Shown: piece after piece, positions 39,201-53,800 of the stretch
How the letters are laid out: every line of letters begins with the position of its first letter
How positions within the stretch are numbered: position 1 is the first letter of the stretch
Assembly: GCA_002245135.1 (NCBI GenBank)
Contig: NGBS01000584.1
Coordinates: 310,001 to 374,000 of the forward strand
DNA: 64,000 nt
DNA from: Proteromonas lacertae
Lineage: Eukaryota
Reading direction: 5' to 3'
The notes under the pieces: model-generated
The model's input: only the letters and a program-made list of their open reading frames with translations
Database searches by the model: none
Told to the model about the DNA's origin: nothing
Translations under genes and position numbers: made by a program

Positions 39201-42200
39201 TCTATACTTAGTGGTTGATTGATTTCATTGGTTCTTATATTAATTGTTCCTTCTTTATTATCATTATCATTTAATTTATCATATAAACTATACAACATAT
39301 GAATATCATCACTTTCATATTCAAATTCTCTTTTTTCTTTTCTTTTATTGTAAATATGGTTTTCATAGTATAATAATCCTCTTGTATAAGATTTACATTC
39401 AATTGCACATCGTGTTCTATCTATGTAACTAATCTGATTGATTAACTGAATCAATTTATCAGTTGGGTAATCAGAAAGATTTTTGTTACCCCAAAATGTC
39501 AATTGATCTAAAATGAATAATATCAACTCAACACATTGATATAAATTACCATTTCCTCCTCTAACACATTCATTAAATATAGTTCTAAACTCTAATAATA
39601 TCAAATCAAAATCACTTTGACTATTTTGTTTTAATACACTAACAATTAAATATGGTAATAGAAATGCAGCTGTTGTAATACTGATTGAGATAATACCTTC
39701 ACATGCATTGTAGAGTACTTTATCTTCATTATTACAGTATTTAATGAGATATTTAGAGAAATGAATAACCCATTGATCATATAACATTCCATTCTGATAG
39801 ATTGGTGGTTTTAATATATTTGGACTATAAAATAATAATATATAAATATATACTTTACCACTTCTTCATATCTTGTATACCAATATGGTGTGATTATTGG
39901 TATTATATTATCAGGAAATAATGTATAAAATACAGATGGAAATTGTTCAGGATAATCTCCTAATACTTTCTGCTTATATATATACTTTAATAATTCTTGA
40001 ATTCCAAATGCAATTCTATTTTGCAAACCAATATCAGTTACACTGTATAATGATTTACACATGTGATCACTGATTAATCTAATGGCTAATTCTTCTTGTG
40101 GTAATTCATCATGAAATGTTGATTCAATTTGGGGTAAAACCAATATTTTGGATGGATCAATTGCACCAATTTCACCAAAAATTTTCCCACATAACAACAC
40201 CAAATTATTATTATGAGATGTGGTAGAAGATGGTGTATGAAATGAAATAACATTGAATAGATTCTGTAACAATGTTTGCATGTTAATATTAATATATTGA
40301 TCTTGAATTAATGAATTAATCAACTCTTTTCTATGATTACATAAAACTTTATACAATTCTTTTAATCCTATTTCTACTATTATTGAATTCTCATGTATTA
40401 ATATTGTATTTAACTGCATTATCATTTCATTGAAGGATTTGTTTGGATTGATTGGAATATATTCTGAGAATTTGTTTTGTTTTGGTAAGGATGAAAATAA
40501 GAAGTCATATTTGATGAATAATGGAGATATTAAGTTGGAATTGTTCTTCAATAACTCTGTGAATATTTTGTCTAATAAGATAGATAATTCATTCTTTTCC
40601 TTCTTTTCTTTATTATTTACTTCTGCTACTCCTTCAAAATCGTTATCTTCTTCTTCTTCTTCTTCTTCCATTCTTATATCTTCATTTTCTTCATCAACAT
40701 TACCATATTTCAAGAAATACTTGATTAAAATTACAAAAAATATATCAACATAATTAGCTAATATTTCATCATCAATACATGTCAACAATGAATGATATAT
40801 TTCACAGATAGAATATAATATTAAACTATGATAATTGTCTTGAATTGACATTAATGTTGATATTATATTCGGTATATAGGATTGAATCTCATTCTTCATA
40901 AAGATAATCAATTGATTCAACACTTTCAAACTATGAACCTTGTTGTAGATAAATGCAGATTTCTGAATGGATTGGTTTATTTGGAATAATAAGTATAAGA
41001 AATCTTCTTTTATCATTATCACTGCTTTATTTTCATAATCATCATCACTAATTTCCATTATTTCTCTATGATTGTTGTTACTATAATCCTTTGGTTTACT
41101 TATCTCTCTGTGAACATAAAACATTCCTGATAATATATCCAATACAGTCAATGTTCTTTCTATAGTTTTATCATTTCCTAAATCCCACACTAATAACTTA
41201 ATTAACTTCAATCTATGTGTTTTATCTATAATATCTTGTGTTGATTTAAACTGTGGATATATCTTAGTAATATAATTCAATGGAATAGTTAAATCAACTG
41301 ATGGTTCTGTAAATATATGATATAATATAGTAGCTAAGTTGTCATTAATGACTTTATCAGTTAGATTTTTATTGATTAACTTTAATAACTCGGTATTTTG
41401 TTTTAATATACATTCAGGAAGTATAATTTCACAAGTCATATTCAAATATTCCGCTATATCTGTACAATTGAAATATTCTTTGATAAATATTAAACCATCT
41501 TTACATTTATCAGTTGAGAATATATTCTGCAGAATAGTGATAGATATATTACTATCCAAATTGTTCAATAACTCAGAAAATGAGAGTTTGTGTGAGTTTA
41601 ATATTGAATGTATTGAATCATACACTAATATTTGATGTTTTCCTTCAAACCAAAACTTGACACATTGATAAATATACTGTGAAAATAAATGGAAATAATC
41701 CTTTTCAAATGGAACATAACAAAATGTAATTCCTATTAAAGTAATGTACAACTGCTTTCACTTTAGATTTCAATACAATATTAGTAAGCGTAGTAATAAA
41801 CAACTTTATTGAATTATATATACTATCTGATGGGAATAATATCTTAATACATTGATAAGAATTAGTAAAATAACAAGAGAGTATATGATAAATCATTCTA
41901 TTATTGGAACAAGCTATCTTATTGAATATTTGGCTGATAATATCCTTCCATTCTGACAAAGAGGATGATATATCACAATGATTGACAGTTGAATGGAATA
42001 AATTGAATTTCATTTCTTTATGTGAATTACTATGACATAATATCTTATAAAAATAAGATAAATGCATTGAAGAGTATGGATATATTGTACTGTTATTGTT
42101 GTTATTATTGTCTATCAATAGATTATAACTATTGGTACAAATACTACATCTATCATTCTTATTGGAAATAAAACAAATGATTTTAATAACGCATTCTTGT

Positions 42201-43953
42201 ACTAGTTTATACATAGTAATTGATATATTATTGGAATTAATGAAATAGTCAAATATTTGATTTAATAGTTTAGAATACATATCTGATAGTGAGCTATTAT
42301 TATTATTATTATTACATATCGAATGATTGTATATTGATAATAATATTAAAGGAATTGACTTGATACATTCCTCTGATATTGATAATATCTTTGATTCTAA
42401 TCCATTAGATATTATCTTCATTGTATTATTTATAATCCTACTTAAAGCACTACTATCACTGTTGTTATTATGATTATTATTATCATTTATACATAAATAT
42501 AACTTTGGAATAATTGAATAGTAGAGTTTAATAGAGTTTTCTTCCATATTACATTGATTCTGTAATAATAATGTCATTACTTCACTGTAGAATAAATACA
42601 ATTCATTTGGTAATTTATAATGATTATTTGATATTGACTTTAAATATTGTAGAAAACAATAACATTCAGATGTATTAAATACTTTCTTATTTTCTAATAT
42701 ATTGCTATTAATTATTTTGATTAAACTATCACTGTTTTGATTATTGGATATATAGAATGATCCTATAACAAAAAATAAACTGGAAATATTTGAATTATTA
42801 TTGTTGCTGTGATAATCTTTCAATAATAAATCTATTACAGTATTATCAAAACCATTATAATAATAGGTTGATAAATACATGTATAAAAATGATATAAATA
42901 AATCAACATTATTGTTATTGGTGTTTATTATTAATAATGTATCTTTAATATTAACATTCTGCGGTATATATTTCATACTAATAGGATATGATAATTGATT
43001 ATTATAATAGAAATATAAACACTTGGTGAGATAATCTGTTTTATAAAATAATACCTTCTTATTGAGACTGGAAACTATCAATTGAATGCAATATTGTAAT
43101 ATATTATAATAATAATTATTATTATATATTGATGATATGTTATATAATATCATATAGTATAGTTTACATATTGAATCAACTACTGCTGGATAGAATAATA
43201 ATAGTTTATATGAATATGTAGATAGTATTTGTAAAATCTTACTATTTAATGGTTTTGAGTAGTATAATTTGGGATTTGTCTCTATTAATTGTACTGATAT
43301 ATACAATAATGACTGAAAATATGATATATTATTATCACAGGTTAAATGCTGTAAATATATTGGAGTAATTGATATTTCTATGAATTAATAAGTAAAATAT
43401 AAAGTATACTGCTATTCGGTAAGAATGAGAAAAGTGTATATTCATCAATTACATTAATTTGAAGTAATGACTGAGATAATTGCAACAGAAAATCAAACAT
43501 ATTCTGTAAAATTAGATCTAATTTTATCATATCGGATATTGATCTTAATATATGATATATAACTTGCTGCAAATCGGAAATAACATATTCATATTTGTTG
43601 TATCTGAGTAAAGGAACGAAAATATCTAGATACTTACTTACTACATCCAAATTACCATAATCAATAATCGAAAAAGCGTGTGGACATATTGGTTTCTCTA
43701 GTAAAAGTATTAATATTTGAAGAAAATTGTGAACATATTCAAATTTGTTCTCTTCGAGGTAAGAAGTGAGTGATTGTAGTTGAGTCTTTAATTCTGATGA
43801 TACACTTTCGATAAACACTTTACATTGCTCTGAAGTCTTCACAGAATATGGATGATCGTGACAATTGTGATCTTTGTAGTGTTTAAGTAGCGATTCTTGT
43901 AGCTTTTTAAATGCTTTAATTTCTGTAAGTGATAATTGGCCTGAAATAGACAT
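36213..43953 (-). CDS. ATR: Serine/threonine kinase ATR/MEC1 (PIKK)
   Basis: LGEIGAIDP-like motif, UME/FAT region, DLRKDSRLM, GLGDRHGENIL, HVDFDC, PEVVPFRLT, and FATC ending MYMGWMPFL*. Several introns including a non-canonical one; +1 shift near 41711. Confidence 0.93.
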
Positions 43954-44033
43954 TGAATGAGAAGAAATTTCAAAAACCGGGAATAATTCTAAAAATCCCG
44001 CCAAAACAAAAAATGAGAATCAAAACAAACGAA

Positions 44034-46270
44034 TTAACAGTTTATTTTACTATCAGCATAATAACTTGTCGATATCCTTTCCAATCCCTTATTATCAGTT
44101 ATCAAAGCTTCATTATATGGATTATAGTGAATGAGAAGTCCATAGTTGGTAAAAAGTTCAAAATTAGTCAATTCCATTCCATAATCCAGGTAAATCTCTC
44201 CATTTTTCTCAATATCTACCTCATTTCTTATAATCAGAGAGTTTTCAGTTATTTCTACTTTATTAGATGAAATTGGTGAATAACGAGGAAGTATAGGACA
44301 TATCCACTAAATATAATTTCTCTTCAATATTAATTAAGTGACATTTCACACACTGTATCAAATTGATGAATTCACCTTCACTACACTTATCAAACGAATA
44401 AATGCTGACAGTATGTAATTGACTGAATATCTCATTGTATCTTGTTAACTCTGTTTTGTAATTATCTAATTCAATCTTGCTAATAGAATACTTATTGATA
44501 ATATCATCATTCAATCCATCTATATCAACAATTGGATGATTCTTTAAACAGCTATCATGGTTAAAATCAAAATATTTCTTCAAATAAATTGCATAAATAA
44601 TGAGTATATCAATATCATCTTCATCATTCAAATTCAATTTATCACATATCTTCATTATTTCACTGTCATTCTCAATCTTATCATAAGATATAATATTACT
44701 AATAGGAATAGTGAATAACACTGAATGAGATAGAATATTCTCTGATGTATTGATGTATTGATTATTTATCAATTTAATCTGTTCAATATTACAGTATAAT
44801 GTGGATGTGATTTCTGATTGATAAAAACTAGGTGTTTCATTGTCATAATACTTTAATGAATTGATTTCTGAATAAAGTGATTTGATCTTCTCGTTTATTA
44901 AAGCTAAGGTTCTTTCTAAAATTGTGATTTGACCATTTCTGTAACTATACAAATATATCAAATAGATTATACTTTTCCACATTTTCTATTACAAAATCTC
45001 TTATTCCATTCATCTCTTTATTGGATATTAGATTTCTGTACTTCTCTTCGTTGGATATAATTTTATTATATTCATTAGTAAGCATATTATTCAACTCTTT
45101 CCATACAGAAAACTCATTAAACACATTAATTACATCTTTTCCACAATCTCCTACTAATAACCAAGAATCTTTTTCATTTAATAAACTTCTGTTATAATTA
45201 TATTAAAACAAATAAGAGTATATTATACATTCTAAAACATTGAAGCAAACCATCAGGAATAAAATCATATTTTATATAATATATGCTTTGATAAATCTAT
45301 TTATAACTAATAACAACACAAAATATACTATTTTCTACTATTAATTTTTGTTTCAGTGAGTATAATGGATCTTTAGATGATAGTTGAAATGGAAAAATGA
45401 AATGATCTTCTTTATTATCTTTTATAGTAAAACCATAACCTATCAAAAATTCACTATTACTTTTTGGACCATAATTATTAAACACTTCATCATCTATATA
45501 TACATATTAAACCTAATTATATACTTTCTTTCACTTCATATTTGTTTATAAATGATATTGTCTTATCATCATGATACCATGTTATTCCAGTATTGAATTT
45601 GTGATTTGTAAGGTCTAATAATGGGTAAAAGACATCCTCTTGAAGGATGTTCACTTGTTTCATTATATATCTTTTCAGGAAAACCTCTTGAAAAATATGA
45701 AGAAATTGCCCATATGAAGTTAGAAAATGTATAAATATCTGGTGAGAATAAATTAGGATATTTTTCTGACAGTAATGGGAAAATTGAATTAAACAAAGAT
45801 TTATACTATACAATATTAGAATGAAATGATTTTAATACATGATTTTTCTTTGTTTTTATTGCTTTGTAAAGATGAGTTCCATGTAGTAATTTCAATTCAG
45901 TGTCATTCCACCAATATAAATCAGAATATTCATCAGGTATGGCATTTAAATAGTAATAAAACTGATGACCTTTATGAGACTTACCATAAATCATCTCAGA
46001 AAATAGTAATGTCAAACTCATTTCCTCTTCATCAATTTGTTTAACTGATTTTTTATACTGTTCCTTTGTCTTCTTTCCTATTTCTGTCTTTGTACACCAA
46101 TCTTGTGTAAATATCAAGTTATGAGGTAATATTGCAAATTGAGTATTAGATGGTATATTATCACTTGCAAACAATCCATAGCCATACTCTCCTTCGTGAA
46201 TAACTATACGATCAAGTTTTGCACCATTTTCAACAGCCCAATCATATAAATTCTTCAGTTTATCATTCAT
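44034..46270 (-). CDS. SET-domain protein lysine methyltransferase (SETD3/SETD4/LSMT-like) with a second degenerate SET segment
   Basis: GYGLFA, FSRGFP, LLPLLDLTNH (after +1 repair at 45623) and NNYGPKSNSEFLIGYGF. A C-terminal GEIYLDYG..TNFELFTNYG is reached only after a +1 repair near 44296. Confidence 0.85.
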
Positions 46271-46320
46271 TGTATAAATATTTCAATGATTATATCTTTA
46301 GACTGTTTAGAAAATTAAAA

Positions 46321-47871
46321 ATGAAAACTATATCCGTTTCATTTAAAAATGTTGGTGCGAAAAGTGATCCGAGAATAATGACCAAATTTTTAAATTCACC
46401 ATTAATCGGTTTATATTCTATTGTTTCAGCTTTTTTATGTGGTTCTTCTGTTCTTGCAGCTAATGATAAACGGCACAAACTTAAAAAGATTGGTTTTATG
46501 CGAAATTGGTTTAGTATTGTCTTTTTTGTTCTTATACTAATAGTTTCAATATCAAGTGAATCTGCTCCGTTAATAGCTTTAGTTTATGGTTTATTTAGTG
46601 CTGCAATATGTTTAAAGTATAAATCTCGTGTTTTTCAAAACATACCATTATTGCTGTGTATATTCAATTGGTTTACGCCTTTTCAGCACTTGGAAGTGGA
46701 GTAGTTACCTTTCCAAGTTTACTAAGATCATCAGACATTAATCTGACATCCACTAATGAAATAAGAGATCAGGTTGCAGAAATGATACAAAAAGAGAATT
46801 CTGAATTACTACGTAATGGTACATAATATAATATATAACATTATATAGATGATATTGTTAAAAGAATAAGAAATAGTATTTATTAATTATCTCAGTTATA
46901 GTTGGTAAAATGAATCTTCGTAAATATATTGGTTGGTTAATGCAAATACCATGTATAGTTTGGCCAAACGTAAAATATGTAGGAAATAATATAACATATT
47001 CCACAATCAATAATAAGTCATTAAAATTAGATATTTTATCATCCAACAAATTTGAAAATGAAATCAAACCAATTTTCTTTTTTATTCATGGAGGTGCTTG
47101 GTGTTTAGGAAGTAGAAAATTATCGTCATTACCTTTATTATACGAATTAGCAAATAATGGTTGGTTGGTAGTAACAATCAGTTATAGATTTGCACAAACA
47201 ACATTGTATCCAGAAAATCTTCGAGATTGTAAAAGAGCACTGCAATGGGTTAAAAAGAATATAACTAAATACAATGGAAATAAAGATTATATAATAATTG
47301 GAGGTGAAAGTGCTGGAAGTCAAATGGCGTTACTATTATCTTTAACATCGAATGATAAAGAGTTAAATGATGGAATTGATGGAGATTTAACTGTTCAAGG
47401 ATGTGTTGATTTATATGGAGTTCATAACATCGTTAAGACATATGATTTCGTTAAATCAAATGTATTTAAATCAATTATTTGTTTATATATTAAATAGTTT
47501 TTACTTCAAAAAGGAGTGGAATATGTATTTAGTGATAATAAAGAAAAACAGTTATTAGCATCACCTACATTTAGAGTAGAAAGAAATAGTTTACTGCCTC
47601 CAACAATTGTATGTTTTTATTGTTTATATTTGTTGCTTATTGTTAGATAGTTCATGGAACATGCGATAATATAATCCCAATTGAAGATTCTATTGAATTT
47701 AGTGAACTTTTAGATAATAAAGGTATTGATAATTATATTCTGAGTATTCCAAATGCTAAACATTGTTTTAACTATTTCATGTCTCCAAGAAGTTATGCTT
47801 GTGGAGAAGCTATTAATCTGCTTCTAGATATGGAGTATCATAAAGATGATAAAATTAAAACAAAAGTATAA
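46321..47871 (+). CDS. Membrane-anchored alpha/beta hydrolase (HSL-like esterase/lipase)
   Basis: N-terminal TM helices, HGGAW oxyanion motif, GESAG nucleophile, HGTCD and AKHCF catalytic motifs. Five short introns. Confidence 0.88.
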
Positions 47872-48010
47872 TTTTATTTCTTTTTTTCTCTTTTTTTAAC
47901 GAGATAAATATTCCATATTCTTTATGTAGTATATCAAAATCAATTAGACAAAGTATATTTCAATCTTTTTCTCAAAAAAACACAACCAAACACATAATTT
48001 ATTCATTTAT

Positions 48011-49390
48011 CTACTTTTTCAAATCTTTAATCTTATTTTCACAATGCTTTTTAGCATTTTCAAGGATTTCTTTCTCATTCATTCTTAAAGAATAGATATT
48101 CTTCATTATTGGATCATTAATTGATGAAATTCTTTTCTTATCTTCTTCATAGGTAGTAGAATAATTATTAATCATATCATTAATACCATTAAGCAGTGTA
48201 TTATATATTTTTACTTCATTTTCATCGCTAACTCTGTGTAATTCAGAGAAATTATCAGCTAATTTTATATCATCTTCAGTCAACAATTGTATTCTAATAT
48301 AATCTAATATATCATCATTAAATGGATGGTTTTTATTATGAAATATTGAATAACTTGTATCTGTTTGTAAATTCATTTTTTCTAACAAAATTGACTTTTG
48401 ATGTGTTAAAAATCCAGAGTCAGGAGTAAATGTAAAATGTATAGGAATACTATCATTCTCTAAATTACTAACGATATGCAAATGATTCACAAATATAGCT
48501 TGATTAGTTCTCAAGCCTCCTTCATTTCCATATATCAAATCACCTTTCTTAATTCTATCTGTAGTATGTAGTTCAATCATTCCATTTGTATTATTTATCT
48601 TCATAATAACATTTGATTTTTCTTTAATTGGTGTTAAAAAAGAGAATATTGGCATTAATAAAGGAGTATATGTACCATTATCAATAGAAACAATCACTGA
48701 ATAACTCCATACTATTCCCATAGACCACTTGAAATTATCATATGAAAATTGTTCTTCACTTAATAAATGATGTTTAATGACAACTAAATTATATAGCAAT
48801 TGGTATTGATTTAAAATTGGAATCTAATCTTTCTTGTATTATTTCAAATGCATGGCTTCCTTTCAATTCTGATAGATATTTGGTTGGTAAAGTAATTGAA
48901 GATGATTTATGAGGATATGGAATTGTTTTAATGAATGGCGACCATGCTGATGAATTATAGAACTTTTCGTATAGTAAATGAAGTGAGAGTATTGTAATAG
49001 GTGATATTTCAGCAAAATCTTGGATTATCAATACAACTGGAGTTAGCATTGCACTACTTACACTCATGCTAGCGCTAAGTGGTACCTTTCCAATTATTTC
49101 ACCCCTTTTGAATGATTTAGTTGCTTTATAACTATATATATTACATATTTGTAATTTTATACCTTATTGGGAATCCAACAGTCTTTGTTTCTTCTAATTT
49201 CACTTCAACTTCACTTTTATCCAACCATTGTTGGTATTCACTACACTTATAATCATAGTACATACCTAATATCAGCTTTCTTTGTTTTAACATGTTTCTT
49301 ATTGGATTTTTTATCCTTCTTTACATTTTTAGCACCTATAACTATTGCTATCAATGCAAATAAGACAAGTAATTTAAATAGCTTTGTCAT
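48011..49390 (-). CDS. SET-domain/Rubisco-LSMT-like protein with N-terminal signal peptide
   Basis: MTKLFKLLVLFALIAIVIGA, then SAWSPFIKTIP, ELKGS, NFKWSMGIVWS and an LSMT substrate-binding tail (YSTTYEED, LRMNEKEIL). Two introns; +1 shift near 48819. Confidence 0.78.
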
Positions 49391-49471
49391 ATTTCAAAAA
49401 AAATAAAATTATTTTGATCAAGCCAAGTTTATTTTGATAATAGTAAAGAAAGTTTTAGAGAGAAAAAAGGA

Positions 49472-50441
49472 ATGACATTAACATTTTCATCTGCTACATT
49501 TCATGGTTCACGTTATGGTAATCTAAATCAAGTATAAATATCCTTGTTACATTAGGATGCTTATATGTACACAACTCTTGATGATGAAGGTTCATATATA
49601 GCAGGAATATTTGATGGACGTATGTTTGCATTTATTTTATTGAGTAGATTGCCCATATGGTGAAGTTGCTGCTTTTAATTGTGCAAATAGTTTCTTTAAT
49701 GAAATAGCTGGACATTGGAAATTATATAAAAAGAAATTAGAAGCTTCACCAGAGAGTTTCTGGGGTAGAATGTATGAAAGAATGCATAAATTTCTGATCG
49801 AATCATACAAAGACATACCAGAATACTATATTGATTCGAGAGGTACAAAATTCAGAAGAGTATTAACGCCAGATGGTCCATACTGGAAATTTGGCCAAAA
49901 CCAATTCTCAATCGACTTTGGAACAACAGCATTAATGGTAATATACTATTTAGGCACATTTTACTTTGCTAATTGTGGTGATTCTGAAGTGGCGATATAC
50001 AGTTCAGTGAATCATAAAAGGGCAGAGTTAAGAATTCCATTTGTAAGACATACATTTAGTAATCCAAAAGAACAGAATAGATTATCAAGAGATTTCCCCA
50101 ATACTAAATTCACAAAACAAGGATATATATACAATGAGAAGTTAAATATGTGTTTGGGACCTTCTAGAGCACTTGGTCATAAGTATTTACAGAAAGATGG
50201 AGTATTACCATTCCCAGAGTTGTTTAAATACATACCTGGACCTTCTGAACATTGTAGAATAGTATTAGCTACTGATGGTGTATGGGATTCAATGCCAAAA
50301 GACTTCTTATGTAATCATATATTCGAAAAACCTATAGAGGATATTTGTGAGATATTAGTCACTCAAGAAGACCAAAATGATAATGCATCGGTGATTATTA
50401 TGGATTACATGCCATTAATAGATGATGATGACTATGATTGA
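49472..50441 (+). CDS. Protein phosphatase 2C family
   Basis: NQ|DA, IFDGH, GTTA, ANCGDS, SRALG, LATDGVWD and DNASV motifs; two introns. Confidence 0.9.
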
Positions 50442-50673
50442 TTCTAATTATATGGATTAATGTAATTTTTATATATTATTTAATTTCATTAGTATTATAT
50501 TTTGTGAATTTGCTAATAAAAATTGGATTTATTATTGTGTTTCACTCACAATACATGTCAAAAAAAGATATCATCAAATTATAATATGCATATTACTCTA
50601 TATAAATCAATGTAATATTTATGAATTTTATTTTCTTTCTCTGTAACCAGAAAAATGATAAAATATGTTGATA

Positions 50674-50738
50674 CCAATTACACATGTAATCCGTAGTATC
50701 TTCATCAACCAATAAAATTTAACTTCTATTCAACCAAT
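50674..50738 (+). promoter_or_regulatory. Three CCAAT boxes upstream of clathrin heavy chain
   Basis: CCAAT at 50674, 50709 and 50734, 75-140 nt before the ATG at 50812. Confidence 0.5.
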
Positions 50739-50811
50739 AGAAACATATCGATAAGTATCTTTCATTAATCTTTTTTAAAGAAAGAATTAAAAGCCAACCA
50801 CACTAATAACA

Positions 50812-53800
50812 ATGGCTCAACATGTACCAATCAATGTCACAGAAGTGTGCAATGTATTATATATATTTATTAACCTATTTCTAATGAAATCTAGTTACAA
50901 AGATTAGGATGTAATCCAACAGATGTTGTTTTCAACAAAACAACATTAGAATCAGACAAATATATTGTTGTATTATCAGAAGTTCCACAAAAATCAGTTG
51001 CTTATGTAGATGTTAGCAATGGTCAAATTCAAAGAACACCCATGAATGTAGATGCTGCTATAATGAACCCAACCACCAAGGTCATGGCTGTAAGATCAGG
51101 AAAAGCATTACAAGTATCAAACTTAGATATGAAGACAAAAGTTGCTTCATTCAAGATGCCTGACACTGCTGATATTGTGTTCTGGAAGTGGGTTGATACC
51201 AAGACAATTGCTTTAGTAACAAACAATGCTGTGTTCCATTGGTCAATGGATGGAGGTAGTCCAAAGAAACTCTTCGACAGAAGACAAGAATTAGCTGGAG
51301 GACAAATTATAAACTACGGAGTAAGCAAAGACGGAAAAATGTGTTTCTTACAAGCAATCAAGAAAGCAGGTCAAGGTATTGGAGGTATTATTCAATTATT
51401 CTCTGTTGATAAGGCTGGTTCTCAAATATTACCAGGTCATGCTGCTGGATTTGGTATGATCAATATTAATGGAAGAAAAGGACAAGTATTTGTATGTGTA
51501 GAAAGAAATGCTGGTCAAAATGGTATGTTAAGAATTAAAGAAATAGGAGGAACATTCACTGTACCACCAAAGGAAGTAGTTTTCCCACCAAATGCACCAG
51601 CTGATTTCCCAATATGTTTAACTATAGATGAAAAGCATGATTTAGCTTTTATGGTATCAAAGATGGGTAATGTATTTATGTTTGATTTACTCAGTGGTAC
51701 AACTTTATTCAGAAAGCCATTAGGTGCTCAACCATTCATTGCTACTCAATACACACAAAACGGTGGTATGTTATGTATTATGCAAGGTGGTGTTGTATCA
51801 AGCATTAGTTTGAATGAGAAGAACTTAGTACCATTTGTAATGGAAGTATTACACAACCAAGAATTAGCCATTACAATTGCTTCAAGATTAGGTTTACCAG
51901 GTGCTGATAATATCTTCAAGAATCAATTAGAAGCATTATTCAAAGCTGGAAATGTAAGAGGTATTGCTGAATTAGCAGCTAGATCACCAGCTACAACTGT
52001 CAGAAATCAAGAGACAATCAATAGATTAAAGAGTATGCCAAGAGGTGCTGATGGTTCATCACCCCCATCTGTTTACTTCCAAACATTATTGGGAATGACA
52101 AAGTTGAATGAAATTGAAACAGTTGAATTATGTGGACCATTAGTATTAAATGGAAAAGTAGCAATGATTGAGAAATTCTTAAAAGAAGATAAGATTACAC
52201 CATCAGAAGCTTTAGGTGATTTAATTGCTCCTCATGATGCCAGAGTTGCATTACAAGTATACTTCAAAGGTAATGCTCATGAGAAAGTTATTAATTGTTT
52301 CTTACAATTGAACGACTTTGGTAAGATTCAAGCTTACTTAGATAAGACTGGTTATGATCCAGATTATGGTTATTTAGTATCACAAATGGTAAGAGTAAAC
52401 CCAGAACAAGCTGCTGAATTTGCTATTAAAGCTTGGGAAAAGAAAGGACCAGCAGTTGATGCTTCAAAAGTAGCTGATGCCTTTGCCAATGTTGGTGCTA
52501 TTAGAGAATGTGATAAGTTCTTATTCAAAGTATTAGCAGGTGATAAGCCAGAAGATGGTCCATTACAAACAAAATTATTAGAATTGAACTTACATGCTGG
52601 TATTTCTCAAGTAGTAGATACAATCTTCTCTAATAAGATGTTCTCTCATTACGATAGAGTAAGCATTGCTCATTTATGTGAACAAGCTGGTTTAGCTCAA
52701 AGAGCATTAGAACATTATACTGATTTAGAAGATATTAAGAGAGTAGTAATGAGTCCAAGATTAATGAACACTGTTAATCCAGAATTTATGATTCAATTCT
52801 TTGCTAATATGAGCTCAGAAAACAGAATGGAATGCTTAAAGGATATGTTATCAACAAACATAAACTCCTTACAATTAGTAGTTAAAGTTGCTCAAAAATG
52901 TCCAGAAGAAGAAGCACCACAATTCATTAAGATCTTTGAAGAGAATGATGAATCATGTCAAGGTTTATACTATTATTTAGGATCAATATTACATAAATCA
53001 GAAGATCCAGAAGTCCACTTCAAATACATTAAAGCTGCAGTTAAATTAAATCAAATTCAAGAAGTAGAAAGAGTATGCAGAGAATCTACTGTATACAACC
53101 CAGAAGAAGTAAGAGATTTCTTATTATCAGTTCATATGCCTGATCCAAGACCAATCATCAGAGTTTGTGATAGATTCGGTTATATTGAAGAAATGACTGG
53201 ATATTTATTCCAACATAAATTAATGAACTTCTTAGAAATCTATGTAACCAAAGTTGCTGGTCAAAATACACCAAGAGTTATTGGTAAATTATTGGATTTA
53301 GATGCACCAGAAGATGTTATTAAGAACTTATTGAACTTAGCCAGAGGTATGTGTCCAGCTGAAGGATTAGTAGATGAAGTAGAAAAGAGAAATAAATTGA
53401 AGTTAATTATGCCATGGTGTGAAGCTAGAGCTGCTGAAGGAAATCAAGATCCATCTTTACATAATGCTTTAGGTAAGATCTATGTAACATTAAATAAAGA
53501 TCCACAAGAATTCTTATTAAAGAACCAATATTATGATTCAGCTGTTGTTGGTAAATATTGTGAAAAATTAGATCCATATTTAGCTTATTTAGCTTACAGA
53601 AGGGCATGGGGACCATGCGATGATGAATTATTAAGAGTAACCAATGAGAATGGTTTATTCAAAGATCAAGCCAGATATTTAGTAGAAAGACAAGATATGG
53701 AATTATGGTCTAAAGCTTTAAATGAAGAAAATGAATTCAAGAAGACATTAGTTGATCAAGTAGTAGGAACTGCTTTACCAGAATGTACCAATCCAGATGA

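Noticed and set aside
50692..50700. GTAGTATC resembling the U2 snRNA branch-pairing sequence
   Set aside because: The conserved U2 5' stem-loop context is absent.
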